From: Acidimicrobiaceae bacterium
Lineage (GTDB): Bacteria; Actinomycetota; Acidimicrobiia; Acidimicrobiales; Bog-793
Reading direction: 5' to 3'
NCBI GenBank assembly: GCA_027459565.1
Contig: DAIDIA010000061.1
Coordinates: forward strand, 1 to 34,743
Length of the DNA stretch: 34,743 nucleotides
The translations under genes were made by a program, and so were the position numbers. The notes under the pieces were generated by a model. The model was given only the letters and a program-made list of their open reading frames with translations, did no database searches and was not told where the DNA came from. The stretch's first letter is position 1. Every line of letters starts with the position of its first letter. Below are positions 1 through 7,480 of this stretch, in pieces.

Positions 1-2
1 CG

Positions 3-416
3 GCGGACTGTCCCAGCGGAGAACTGGATGAACAATGGTGCGCGGATTTCGCGGCGTGGGCGTGGAGGTCTGCAGGAATCGAGTTCACCTATCGGTACCA
101 GAACGGATACATCAATTCATCGTCTGCAAGCTTTTATGAATGGGCCGCACGTCGGGGTACTTGGCACGCTGCAGGTTCTGGGTATGTGCCGCTTCCAGGT
201 GACGTTGCAGTCTATGGACTCAATACTGAGACTCTTGTCGCGGCACACGTCGCGGTTGTCGTCGGCTCATCTGGAGCCGATCACGCTCCGGCGGCAGTTA
301 ACGGGGACGCGAATCACAACAGTTTCAGCGACGTTGAATTTGTGACCAACGAACTTCATCCGGACGCAAAGAATCCCGGGGTGACTCTTTCAGGATATGC
401 CTCTCCTCTGCCGTGA
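3..416 (+). CDS. CHAP-domain (NlpC/P60-like) cell-wall amidase/peptidase, C-terminal part; the 5' end lies outside the window
   Basis: The frame is open from nt 3 and reads ...GELDEQWCADFAAWAWRSAG...GDVAVYG...AAHVAVVVG...AVNGDANHN... This gives a Cys in a Q-x-C-A-x-F context, a downstream HVAVV His, and a polar N/D, which is the CHAP catalytic layout. Stop TGA at 414-416. Confidence 0.6.
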   Translation, partial: ADCPSGELDEQWCADFAAWAWRSAGIEFTYRYQNGYINSSSASFYEWAARRGTWHAAGSGYVPLPGDVAVYGLNTETLVAAHVAVVVGSSGADHAPAAVNGDANHNSFSDVEFVTNELHPDAKNPGVTLSGYASPLP

Positions 417-491
417 TTCTCGAAACCTTCAGGCACCGATGACTACGATCGGATCCGAGGAGCCGGTTGCAGGGAGCACGGAAGAGGGGGC

Positions 492-797
492 GTGATGATC
501 GACGGCGAGAGTGGCGCGCTAGGAGAGGTCGAAGAGTTTGTGCGTTGGCTTGGCAAGGCGGACGCTCTGCGCGAGGTCTTTCCCGAATATGTGCTTCATG
601 ACTCCTCCGACTATCGAGCCGCATGCGATGAAATACGCGCCCGCCGGAGGGGCGTCACCGCAATAGCAGAGCAGCTCAATCCGGGAATCGCACGCAGAAT
701 CAATACCTGTCTCGACAAGGACGATTTGGAGGCGACCGCGATCGCCTGCCAAAGGCTCTTTCTCATCCTCGAGCCAGAGGGCCATCTCGAATGCTGA
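492..797 (+). CDS. hypothetical protein (about 100 aa), no recognisable domain
   Basis: GTG 492 / ATG 495 is preceded by GAAGAGGGGG (SD-like). Third-position GC resembles neighbouring genes. The sequence looks helical (EVEEFVRWLGKADALREVFPEYV...). Confidence 0.55.
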   Translation: MMIDGESGALGEVEEFVRWLGKADALREVFPEYVLHDSSDYRAACDEIRARRRGVTAIAEQLNPGIARRINTCLDKDDLEATAIACQRLFLILEPEGHLEC

Positions 798-816
798 TTA
801 GGTCTTCGGCCAGACG

Positions 817-1470
817 CTAAAGGCTCCGGGGAGGGAGCGAGGCAATGCGTCGTGCGAGGTTCACGGCGTGATCGCCGAGGCGTTCGTAGAATCGAGCGAC
901 AAGGATCACCTGTGACGATACATGCATCGGCATTGTCGACTTCGCCACCTCTTCTGTGAGCTGGTCGCGAAGGGTGTCGAGTTCCTCGTCGGCGTGGTCG
1001 ACCTCCATCGCATCGAGATCGCGGTCGAGATAGGCATCCGCGGCCTCGCGCCACATGGCAATGGCGATCTCGCTCATTCTCTGAAAAATGCCGCGACTGC
1101 GTGGTGACATCGAAGGTCCCATATTGAACCGGGCACGCTGCGCGATATGTTCTGCGAGGTCGGCGCTTCGCTCAAGTTCCGGCAATATCAAAAGGACGTT
1201 GATCAAGTGACGCAGGTCCAGAATCTGCGGATCAGTCGTCTCGATACGCTCCCAGACGTATCCCTCGATCTCGGAGGTGAGGTCATCAATGACAAGGTCT
1301 GCCTCGACAATGCTGTCAGCAGTATCCCTCTCATCGCCGAGCAACGCCGTCGTCGCCCCTGCGAGCGCTTCGCTGACCAATGCGAACAGCCGCATGACGC
1401 CAAGGTCAATCGTCGATTGAGGTTGCACGGCGCTATTCACAGACCCAAGGTTACTGTTTGGGATTGCCAC
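817..1470 (-). CDS. phoU: PhoU-family phosphate signalling regulator
   Basis: 217 aa with two PhoU repeats. Contains the signature RFYERLGDHAVNLARRI and an earlier LERSADLAEHIAQRA. Confidence 0.8.
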   Translation of the reverse strand: MAIPNSNLGSVNSAVQPQSTIDLGVMRLFALVSEALAGATTALLGDERDTADSIVEADLVIDDLTSEIEGYVWERIETTDPQILDLRHLINVLLILPELERSADLAEHIAQRARFNMGPSMSPRSRGIFQRMSEIAIAMWREAADAYLDRDLDAMEVDHADEELDTLRDQLTEEVAKSTMPMHVSSQVILVARFYERLGDHAVNLARRIASLPPRSL

Positions 1471-1570
1471 GTATCCTCAATGTGCGCCCAACATGGATGG
1501 AGAAAAGTCAAGGTCCGGCAAGATATCGTCCTGCGTTCCTGGCGAGTCTGCGTTTTGCGAAACCGTAGAA

Positions 1571-2332
1571 TCAATCAAAGAGTGAGGGTTCCTCTTCGGC
1601 AATCCATTCGAAGAGCGGCTGGAATGCATACCAGCCAGCCTTGGGAGTTCCGCTCTGAGATCGCGTGAGCTCAGCAATTTCAGGTGAGATCAGTTTGGGT
1701 TTTCCTGCTGCCTCTGCGAGGAGCTGGGACTCGCATGATCGCTCCATCTTTATGAACCACCACGCTGCCTCATCCACTGTCGCTCCCACGGTAAGCAGGC
1801 CGTGGTTCTGCAAAATAATCGCCTTGTTCTCGCCGAGGGTGTGTGCCAGTCGCTTTCCCTCCTCGGGATCGAGAACAACACCAGTGAACTCATCGAACAC
1901 CGCATGGTCGCCGTAGAACGAACAGACGTCCTGCGTTATCGGATCAAGTGGCCTACCGAATGACGACCAGGTCTTTCCATACATCGAATGCGCATGGGCA
2001 GCTGACACCACATCTGGCCGGGCAGCATGTACCTGGGAATGAATGGCGAATCCCGCCGCGTTGACGTTCCTCGCGCCCTCGACGACCTCGCCCCTTTCGT
2101 TTACCAGGAGGAGGTCGCTGACTCTCACCTGGGCAAAATGCCTGCCGTATGGATTCACCCAGAAATGATCAGGGAGCTCCGGGTCTCTCGCGGTGATATG
2201 GCCGGCAGTGCCCTCGCTCCAACCAAAACGCGCGAATATGCGAAGAGCCGCAGCAAGATGCTGCTTGCGATACGTGCGCTCCTCCTCGACAGTGGGGAAC
2301 GAGGGAATCTCGGGGCGCGGTTGGGCTTTCAT
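1571..2332 (-). CDS. class II aldolase/adducin-head family protein (paralogue 1)
   Basis: Contains GHITARD, the metal-His cluster SAAHAHS, and QNHGLLTVGATVDEA. I prefer ATG 2332 because GGGAGGA lies 5-6 nt upstream. The ORF track extends to 2383. Confidence 0.8.
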   Translation of the reverse strand: MKAQPRPEIPSFPTVEEERTYRKQHLAAALRIFARFGWSEGTAGHITARDPELPDHFWVNPYGRHFAQVRVSDLLLVNERGEVVEGARNVNAAGFAIHSQVHAARPDVVSAAHAHSMYGKTWSSFGRPLDPITQDVCSFYGDHAVFDEFTGVVLDPEEGKRLAHTLGENKAIILQNHGLLTVGATVDEAAWWFIKMERSCESQLLAEAAGKPKLISPEIAELTRSQSGTPKAGWYAFQPLFEWIAEEEPSLFD

Positions 2333-3063
2333 GATCCTCCCTCTCGGCAATATCAGTACCTGAGAACACGTAGCCTGCTGCAACGAGGTTACTTCGCCTG
2401 CACAACAATTTCCGGCCCGGCATCGGTTGGCCGAGAAGAGCCACGGTGGATGATCCCGCAGAACAGAGCACAGGACAACTTGTTAGCGTAGCTAAGCACT
2501 GGCCGAGGCCGTTGAGTGGATGCGATGGTTGCGAGTCCCGACGAGTGGAGCACCTCCGCCACGCGGGCATGAGACCGGTCCGGAGAGGATCATCCGGTTC
2601 CGGGACGGTGTTGCGCCTTCGCTCCCGGATGCATAGTCGTGTCGCTGGAGACTCGGCGACAACAGTCATCGCCGGACCACTAGCGCGCGAGGCTTCGGTA
2701 CTCGCAATTTGGAGCCTTCATGAACGGCAATTGCCCTTCGCCGAAGAACTCCAGACCAAGCGTCACCCCATCGGGACCATGCGGTAGACAATTCAAAGCG
2801 CATTCGTTGCGGCGAGGCGTACGGAGGTCTCCACCTCGCGTGCGTCGGGCTGACGATTGCGCCAACCCCTGGCGTGCGTTGCCCGCATTCGTGCGCGACG
2901 GATTTCTCTGCGTGCTTAAATCGATTCCATATGAGCGATCGTGAGATTTCACCAGTTATTTGGCGCTGCAAGCGTTGCGGGGGATTGATCCATCCCTCGG
3001 ATGATCGCAACCCCATTGCCTGGTGTGCGAGATGCGCACGTCTCGTTGAAGGAGTTCGCGACG

Positions 3064-4326
3064 GTGGCTGAGAACAGGTCAACTCGCGAATCTTTGGTTG
3101 AGGCTGACGTGAATGCGTCACAAGATCCGGCGATAACCAGACGTGACCGTATTCTCAACGAACGTCTCGCCGAGTTTGGAACGACGATCTTCGCCGAGAT
3201 GTCAGCTCTGGCTCTGGCCACCAGATCGATCAATTTGGGACAGGGGTTCCCGGATACCGACGGCCCGGATGAGGTCAAGGCTGCAGCGATCGAGGCGATC
3301 AACAACGGGCACAACCAGTATCCCCCCGGACGCGGCATTCCCGAGCTGCTTGATGCAGTCTCTCAGCATCAATCGCGCTTCTATGGACTTCAATACAGCC
3401 CCGATCGAGAGGTGTTGATCACCGCAGGCGCCACCGAGGCAATCACTGCAGCTGTTCTTGCTCTGTGTGAACCGGGAGACGAGGTCTTGCTCTTCGAGCC
3501 CTACTACGACTCTTATGCCGCGGCCATTGCAATGTCAGGCGCCCTTCGCAGGACAATTTCTCTGCAACCCCCAGACTGGGAGTTTGACCCGTCAGAGCTT
3601 CGACGTGCAATTTCACCCAAAACGCGCCTTATCTTGCTCAACACTCCGCACAATCCAACGGGCAAGGTATTCAATCGGCGCGAACTTGAGACGATTTCGG
3701 AGATAGCCAACGAGTTCGATCTCATTGTCATTACCGATGAGGTATACGAGCACCTTGTGTATGAAGGAGCTCATCTCGCGCTCGCCTCCTTCGAAGGTAT
3801 GCGGGATCGCACAATCACAATCTCATCCGCAGGAAAGACATTCTCGTTCACCGGGTGGAAAATTGGTTGGGCATGCGGATCTGCGCCGCTGATCAGTGCG
3901 GTCCAAATGGCGAAACAATTCCTCACCTACGTCAATGGTGCACCATTCCAATATGCGATCGCGGGGGCTCTGAAGCTACCGGATGCGTACTTCCAAGGTC
4001 TCCGCGCACAAATGATGCGCAAACGGGATCTACTTTCAATGGGACTCGCGGAGATCGGGTTCGAAGTATTGCCGACCTGTGGTACCTATTTTGTCAACAC
4101 CTCGATATCTTCTCTATCGGATGAGGAGTCGATGACCTTTTGCCGGCTGCTTCCAGAGCGGTGTGGTGTAGTCGCAATACCCATGAGCGTTTTCTTTGAT
4201 TCAAAGACGATCGGGCCAGACCTGGTGCGGTGGGCGTTCTGCAAGCGTGACGAGCTTCTCCGGGATGCCATCACGCGTCTGCACTATTTCAAGCGCCCCG
4301 AGAGTGCTATTTCACCAAGAGCTTGA
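3064..4326 (+). CDS. class I/II PLP-dependent aminotransferase (YbdL/DapC/kynurenine-aminotransferase-like)
   Basis: Contains FGTTIFAEMSALA...INLGQGFPD, LLNTPHNPTGKVF, and the PLP-lysine motif SSAGKTFSFTGWKIGW. The start is uncertain. GTG 3064 has GAAGGAG 9 nt upstream. GTG 3109 (GAGG upstream) and ATG 3001 are alternatives. Confidence 0.85.
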   Translation: MAENRSTRESLVEADVNASQDPAITRRDRILNERLAEFGTTIFAEMSALALATRSINLGQGFPDTDGPDEVKAAAIEAINNGHNQYPPGRGIPELLDAVSQHQSRFYGLQYSPDREVLITAGATEAITAAVLALCEPGDEVLLFEPYYDSYAAAIAMSGALRRTISLQPPDWEFDPSELRRAISPKTRLILLNTPHNPTGKVFNRRELETISEIANEFDLIVITDEVYEHLVYEGAHLALASFEGMRDRTITISSAGKTFSFTGWKIGWACGSAPLISAVQMAKQFLTYVNGAPFQYAIAGALKLPDAYFQGLRAQMMRKRDLLSMGLAEIGFEVLPTCGTYFVNTSISSLSDEESMTFCRLLPERCGVVAIPMSVFFDSKTIGPDLVRWAFCKRDELLRDAITRLHYFKRPESAISPRA

Positions 4327-5101
4327 TCGCCACGGAGAGTCCGGCAACGATAATTACGGAACGCAACACGGGATTGGGAAGCCGTCGTCCGACGTGTGCT
4401 CCAAACTGCCCTCCGAGGATCGATGAGACCGCAATGATCGCAACGAATACCCAGTTGACATGTGCAAAAGCAATAAACAAAATGCCGGCGATAGCGTTTG
4501 CCATGAAGGTGAGGACATTTTTCAATCCGTTGAGGCGCTGAAGGGTTTCATCGAGACCGATCGCCAGAATGGCCATCATGATGACGCCTTGGGCCGCGCC
4601 GAAGTAACCGCCGTACACGCCTGTCGCAAAGATGCCAGCCCTCAGCCAGCCACTACCGTGCTGGTGTCTTGGTCCCCGTGAAGCGAGGATCCGAGCGATG
4701 CGCGGCTGGACTATCACCAGCGCAACCGCGGCGAGAACAAGCCATGGGACTATTGCGACAAATGCGGACGGCCGATAGAGCAGCAGTAACCCACCGGTCA
4801 ATCCCCCCGCAGCTGAGTATGGGAGGAGCGTGCGCACGCGCTGCGCCTGTCCGACCAGTTCGCGTCGGTAACCGTGAATACTGCTGGCATTTCCTCCCGT
4901 TATCCCAACACTGTTCGTGATATTGGCAATGAAGGGTGAGAGGCCCAGCGCAACCAATGTCGGGAAGGTAATCAATGATCCGGAACCGACGATCGAATTA
5001 ATGGTGCCGGCACCAAATCCTGCAGCAAAGACGGCAAGTATGGCAAGAATTCCGAGATGATGGTGCGTCTGCAGGGTCGCGAAAAGGTGTCCAAAGCGCA
5101 A
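4307..5101 (-). CDS. TSUP (TauE/SafE) family anion/sulfite exporter-type permease
   Basis: 264 aa and very hydrophobic. The N-terminal half has GAGTINSIVGSGSLITFPTLVALG and the C-terminal half repeats the pattern (GGYFGAAQGVIMM). TTG start. The 3' end overlaps the convergent aminotransferase by 20 nt. Confidence 0.7.
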   Translation of the reverse strand: MRFGHLFATLQTHHHLGILAILAVFAAGFGAGTINSIVGSGSLITFPTLVALGLSPFIANITNSVGITGGNASSIHGYRRELVGQAQRVRTLLPYSAAGGLTGGLLLLYRPSAFVAIVPWLVLAAVALVIVQPRIARILASRGPRHQHGSGWLRAGIFATGVYGGYFGAAQGVIMMAILAIGLDETLQRLNGLKNVLTFMANAIAGILFIAFAHVNWVFVAIIAVSSILGGQFGAHVGRRLPNPVLRSVIIVAGLSVAIKLLVK

Positions 5102-5156
5102 GAGACAGGTCGCTCGCTATCGCACAGATGGTTTGTTGATGCCGCTCAAGATGGGA

Positions 5157-5312
5157 CTAACTCGCTGCGATCGCGCCATGGGCCTGATCTGGAGAATGCA
5201 CCCACGCCCAAGCCTCCGCGAGCTTGAGAACCGAATCGCTAGTTGACCCCTGCGAAAGATGCTGGAGTAGTCGATCAGATATCGCGTCAAGCAGCTCAGT
5301 TTGCGTTGCCAT
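5157..5312 (-). CDS. possible small ORF (51 aa, MATQTELLDAISDRLLQHLSQGS...), function unknown
   Basis: Hand translation. ATG 5312 is preceded by AAGAGGTG with a 4-nt spacer, and the stop TAG is at 5157-5159. The ORF sits 55 nt upstream of the TSUP gene on the same strand. Third-position GC is only about 54 percent, lower than neighbouring genes. Confidence 0.3.
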   Translation of the reverse strand: MATQTELLDAISDRLLQHLSQGSTSDSVLKLAEAWAWVHSPDQAHGAIAAS

Positions 5313-5378
5313 CGATCACCTCTTGTGAGTGTCCAGCTCGTCGATGACGAGATTGATGGGATTCACAATAGGAGAGAA

Positions 5379-5398
5379 AGATTGCGATTGCGCAATCT
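5379..5398. promoter_or_regulatory. perfect inverted repeat AGATTGCG-ATTG-CGCAATCT in a divergent intergenic region (candidate operator)
   Basis: The 8-bp arms are exact reverse complements with a 4-nt spacer. The repeat lies between the minus-strand small ORF/TSUP genes and the plus-strand 5494 ORF. Confidence 0.35.
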
Positions 5399-5493
5399 GC
5401 CCCCCTCGCCGCTCTGGCACCCCGCATGCCTCGCCATTCCCGCCGAAGTCGCTCGGTTTCACGGATACGCCAACGTGCCTAGAATGGGTTGAC

Positions 5494-5865
5494 ATGAAAG
5501 ACGCTCACGCTCGATTCCTCGATTACCTGCAAAAGTGGTGGACTGCGCAGATTGACGCCGCAGATGGTGCCGCCGGATGGGCGAACGGACGCGATACCCA
5601 CGCGCTTGCCTCCCAATTTCGTAGGGATCCCCAATTTGAGATCGCTCAGGCGAGCTTGTTGCATCGCCGTCTCTCGCCCTTTGAGGCTCGCGATGCCGTT
5701 GACCATCTCAACCCGCTGCCAGAGCTGACGGATGCCGAACTGCTGACCGATGCACTCGTACGAGCTAGTTCGACCGCGCGACGGGTTCGCACAACCACGG
5801 CCGCAGGGGCAGTCGTGACGATTTCTGCGCTCGTGCTACGCAGGGCACTTCGCAAACGCTCATAA
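5494..5865 (+). CDS. hypothetical protein with a C-terminal hydrophobic anchor
   Basis: I prefer ATG 5494. TAGAAT (5480-5485) lies 8 nt upstream and there is no SD, which is a leaderless-like layout. The C-terminus AAGAVVTISALVLRRALRKRS looks like a tail-anchor TM segment. The ORF track allows 5329. Confidence 0.5.
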   Translation: MKDAHARFLDYLQKWWTAQIDAADGAAGWANGRDTHALASQFRRDPQFEIAQASLLHRRLSPFEARDAVDHLNPLPELTDAELLTDALVRASSTARRVRTTTAAGAVVTISALVLRRALRKRS

Positions 5866-5892
5866 ATTCGACCATCGACTCGGCCGACTCCT

Positions 5893-6468
5893 ATGCCAAG
5901 CCAACGCGAGGCCGGACATCGCATCTGGACGGTGCCGAACGCACTCTCGATTGGCAGAGTTGTGCTCTTCGCCTGGTTCCTTCAGGAGCTCTTCTTTGTA
6001 CAAGATCGCTTTCTGGCCGCAGTGGCGCTTTCCGTCGCTGGAGTCACCGACTACTTAGACGGCCTGATTGCTCGCCGATTCCATCAGACAAGTGAACTCG
6101 GTAAGTTTCTGGATCCGGCAGTGGATCGACTGATGACGACCGGAACCTTGGTCTCCTTCATGGTCTTTGGAGCTTTGCCGGTCTGGCTGGGATCGCTGAT
6201 ACTGGCGCGAGAGGTAGTCGTGAGTGTCGCGGCGCTCTTCGTCGCCTCCAAGGGCATCCGGGAGATTGAGGTCGTCTTCGTCGGCAAACTGGGAACCTTT
6301 GGGTTCATGTGCGCGCTTCCGATGATACTTTTCGGCTCGGGTCAGGGCTCGGTTGAGCACGCGTTTGGTGCGGTAGGTTGGATCATTCTCGTGCCGTCGC
6401 TGGCTCTGGCCATAATCTCAGCCTGGATGTATCTGCCGCGGATCAGAACGGCAATGAACGCCAAATAG
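5893..6468 (+). CDS. pgsA: CDP-alcohol phosphatidyltransferase (PgsA / PgsA2 cardiolipin-synthase-like)
   Basis: Contains the D-x2-D-G-x2-A-R...G-x3-D-x3-D motif as DYLDGLIARRFHQTSELGKFLDPAVD, plus multiple TM segments. It occupies the position of the mycobacterial pgsA2 gene upstream of gcvH. Confidence 0.8.
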   Translation: MPSQREAGHRIWTVPNALSIGRVVLFAWFLQELFFVQDRFLAAVALSVAGVTDYLDGLIARRFHQTSELGKFLDPAVDRLMTTGTLVSFMVFGALPVWLGSLILAREVVVSVAALFVASKGIREIEVVFVGKLGTFGFMCALPMILFGSGQGSVEHAFGAVGWIILVPSLALAIISAWMYLPRIRTAMNAK

Positions 6469-6561
6469 GGTTGGCGATCTTGCATTGGACAGGGACGGCG
6501 GCGAGCGGAAAGGGAGGCGACTGCACCGCCCGATTCTGCCGGCTCGGCGTCGACCATTGAC

Positions 6562-6567
6562 TACGAT
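6562..6567 (+). promoter_or_regulatory. candidate -10 hexamer TACGAT for a leaderless gcvH transcript
   Basis: A TANNNT hexamer ends 6 nt before ATG 6574, and there is no SD. Confidence 0.3.
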
Positions 6568-6573
6568 GCGCTC

Positions 6574-6954
6574 ATGAACATTCCAGACGACCTTCGCTAT
6601 ACGAGCGACCACGAATGGGCGCGCAGACTAGATTCCGGCATCTGCGTCGGGATCACCGATTTCGCACAAGGGGCGTTGGGCGACGTCGTTTTTGTCGAGC
6701 TTCCCAAACCCGGGGATGAGATCGACAGGGGAGCAAAAATTGGAGAGGTGGAGTCGACGAAATCCGTCTCCGAGGTCTATGCCCCGATAGCAGGGAAGGT
6801 GACGGAAGTAAATACCGCGCTCGCGGGTTCTCCCGAAATGATCAACTCCGACCCATACGGTAAGGGGTGGTTCTGTACCATCGCTCCGCGGGACGCACAT
6901 GACTTTGAGGACTTGCTCAGCGCGTCACAATACGAAGATTTAACACACGAGTAA
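6574..6954 (+). CDS. gcvH: glycine cleavage system H protein
   Basis: 126 aa. Contains the lipoyl-lysine motif GEVESTKSVSEVYAP and the N-terminal YTSDHEW. Confidence 0.95.
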   Translation: MNIPDDLRYTSDHEWARRLDSGICVGITDFAQGALGDVVFVELPKPGDEIDRGAKIGEVESTKSVSEVYAPIAGKVTEVNTALAGSPEMINSDPYGKGWFCTIAPRDAHDFEDLLSASQYEDLTHE

Positions 6955-7009
6955 CGCAGGGCTTTTTTCCCCTTCAAAGACCACCTTTCAGTGGAGTACC
7001 GTATAAAGC

Positions 7010-7480
7010 GTGTTCTGTCCAAGCTGCGGTCACCGTAATCCTCTCGGGGTCAATTTCTGTTCTTCATGCGGCGCGTCGCTTTCCGGCGTTACCTCGAATA
7101 CGGCTGCTTTTGTACCGGACGACCCCTCAGTCGAGCTTGCGTCTGATGAGATTCTGAGGGAGATCGGCGAGCTTGACCTGGGCACTGGCGTACTCATCGA
7201 AAAGAGCGGCGCAGACGCGGGGACCAAACACTTCCTTGCGCAACCAAGCGTCACCGTCGGACGCCATCCAGAGAGCGACATCTTTCTTGATGACATCACC
7301 GTATCTCGGAGGCACGCAGAGTTCATTCGCGACGATGGTTCGTACAAGGTAAAGGATGTGGGCTCCCTGAATGGAACCTACGTCAATCGAGAGCGGATCG
7401 AGGAGACACTTTTGCGCACAGGGGATGAAGTGCAGATCGGCAAGTTCAAGCTCCTCTACGTTTCAGCTCACGTACGATGA
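7010..7480 (+). CDS. FHA-domain protein with an N-terminal zinc ribbon (at the GarA/OdhI position)
   Basis: Contains C-x2-C-x10-C-x2-C (FCPSCGHRNPLGVNFCSSCG) and an FHA core (VTVGRHPESDIFLDDITVSRRHAEF...GSLNGTYVN). GTG start. ATGA overlap with the next gene. Confidence 0.85.
   Translation: MFCPSCGHRNPLGVNFCSSCGASLSGVTSNTAAFVPDDPSVELASDEILREIGELDLGTGVLIEKSGADAGTKHFLAQPSVTVGRHPESDIFLDDITVSRRHAEFIRDDGSYKVKDVGSLNGTYVNRERIEETLLRTGDEVQIGKFKLLYVSAHVR

Noticed and set aside
2430-2620. Cobalamin-riboswitch-like fragments (GGTGGATGATCCCGCAG, AGCACTGGCC)
   Set aside because: There is only loose resemblance to the B12-box/GCCACTG core. The other conserved segments (GGGAA, GAGCCAGGA-ACCTGCC) are missing, and the distance to any downstream start is too long.
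4307-4326. 20-nt overlap of the convergent aminotransferase and TSUP genes
   Set aside because: Convergent 3' overlaps of this size are common in compact genomes, so this is not evidence of anything unusual.
6469-6573. Glycine riboswitch upstream of gcvH; I also checked 9870-9936 and 10993-11106
   Set aside because: None of the gaps contains the conserved GGAGAG...CGCCGAAGGAGCAA...CUCUCAGG core. The gaps are short, and gcvH looks leaderless.
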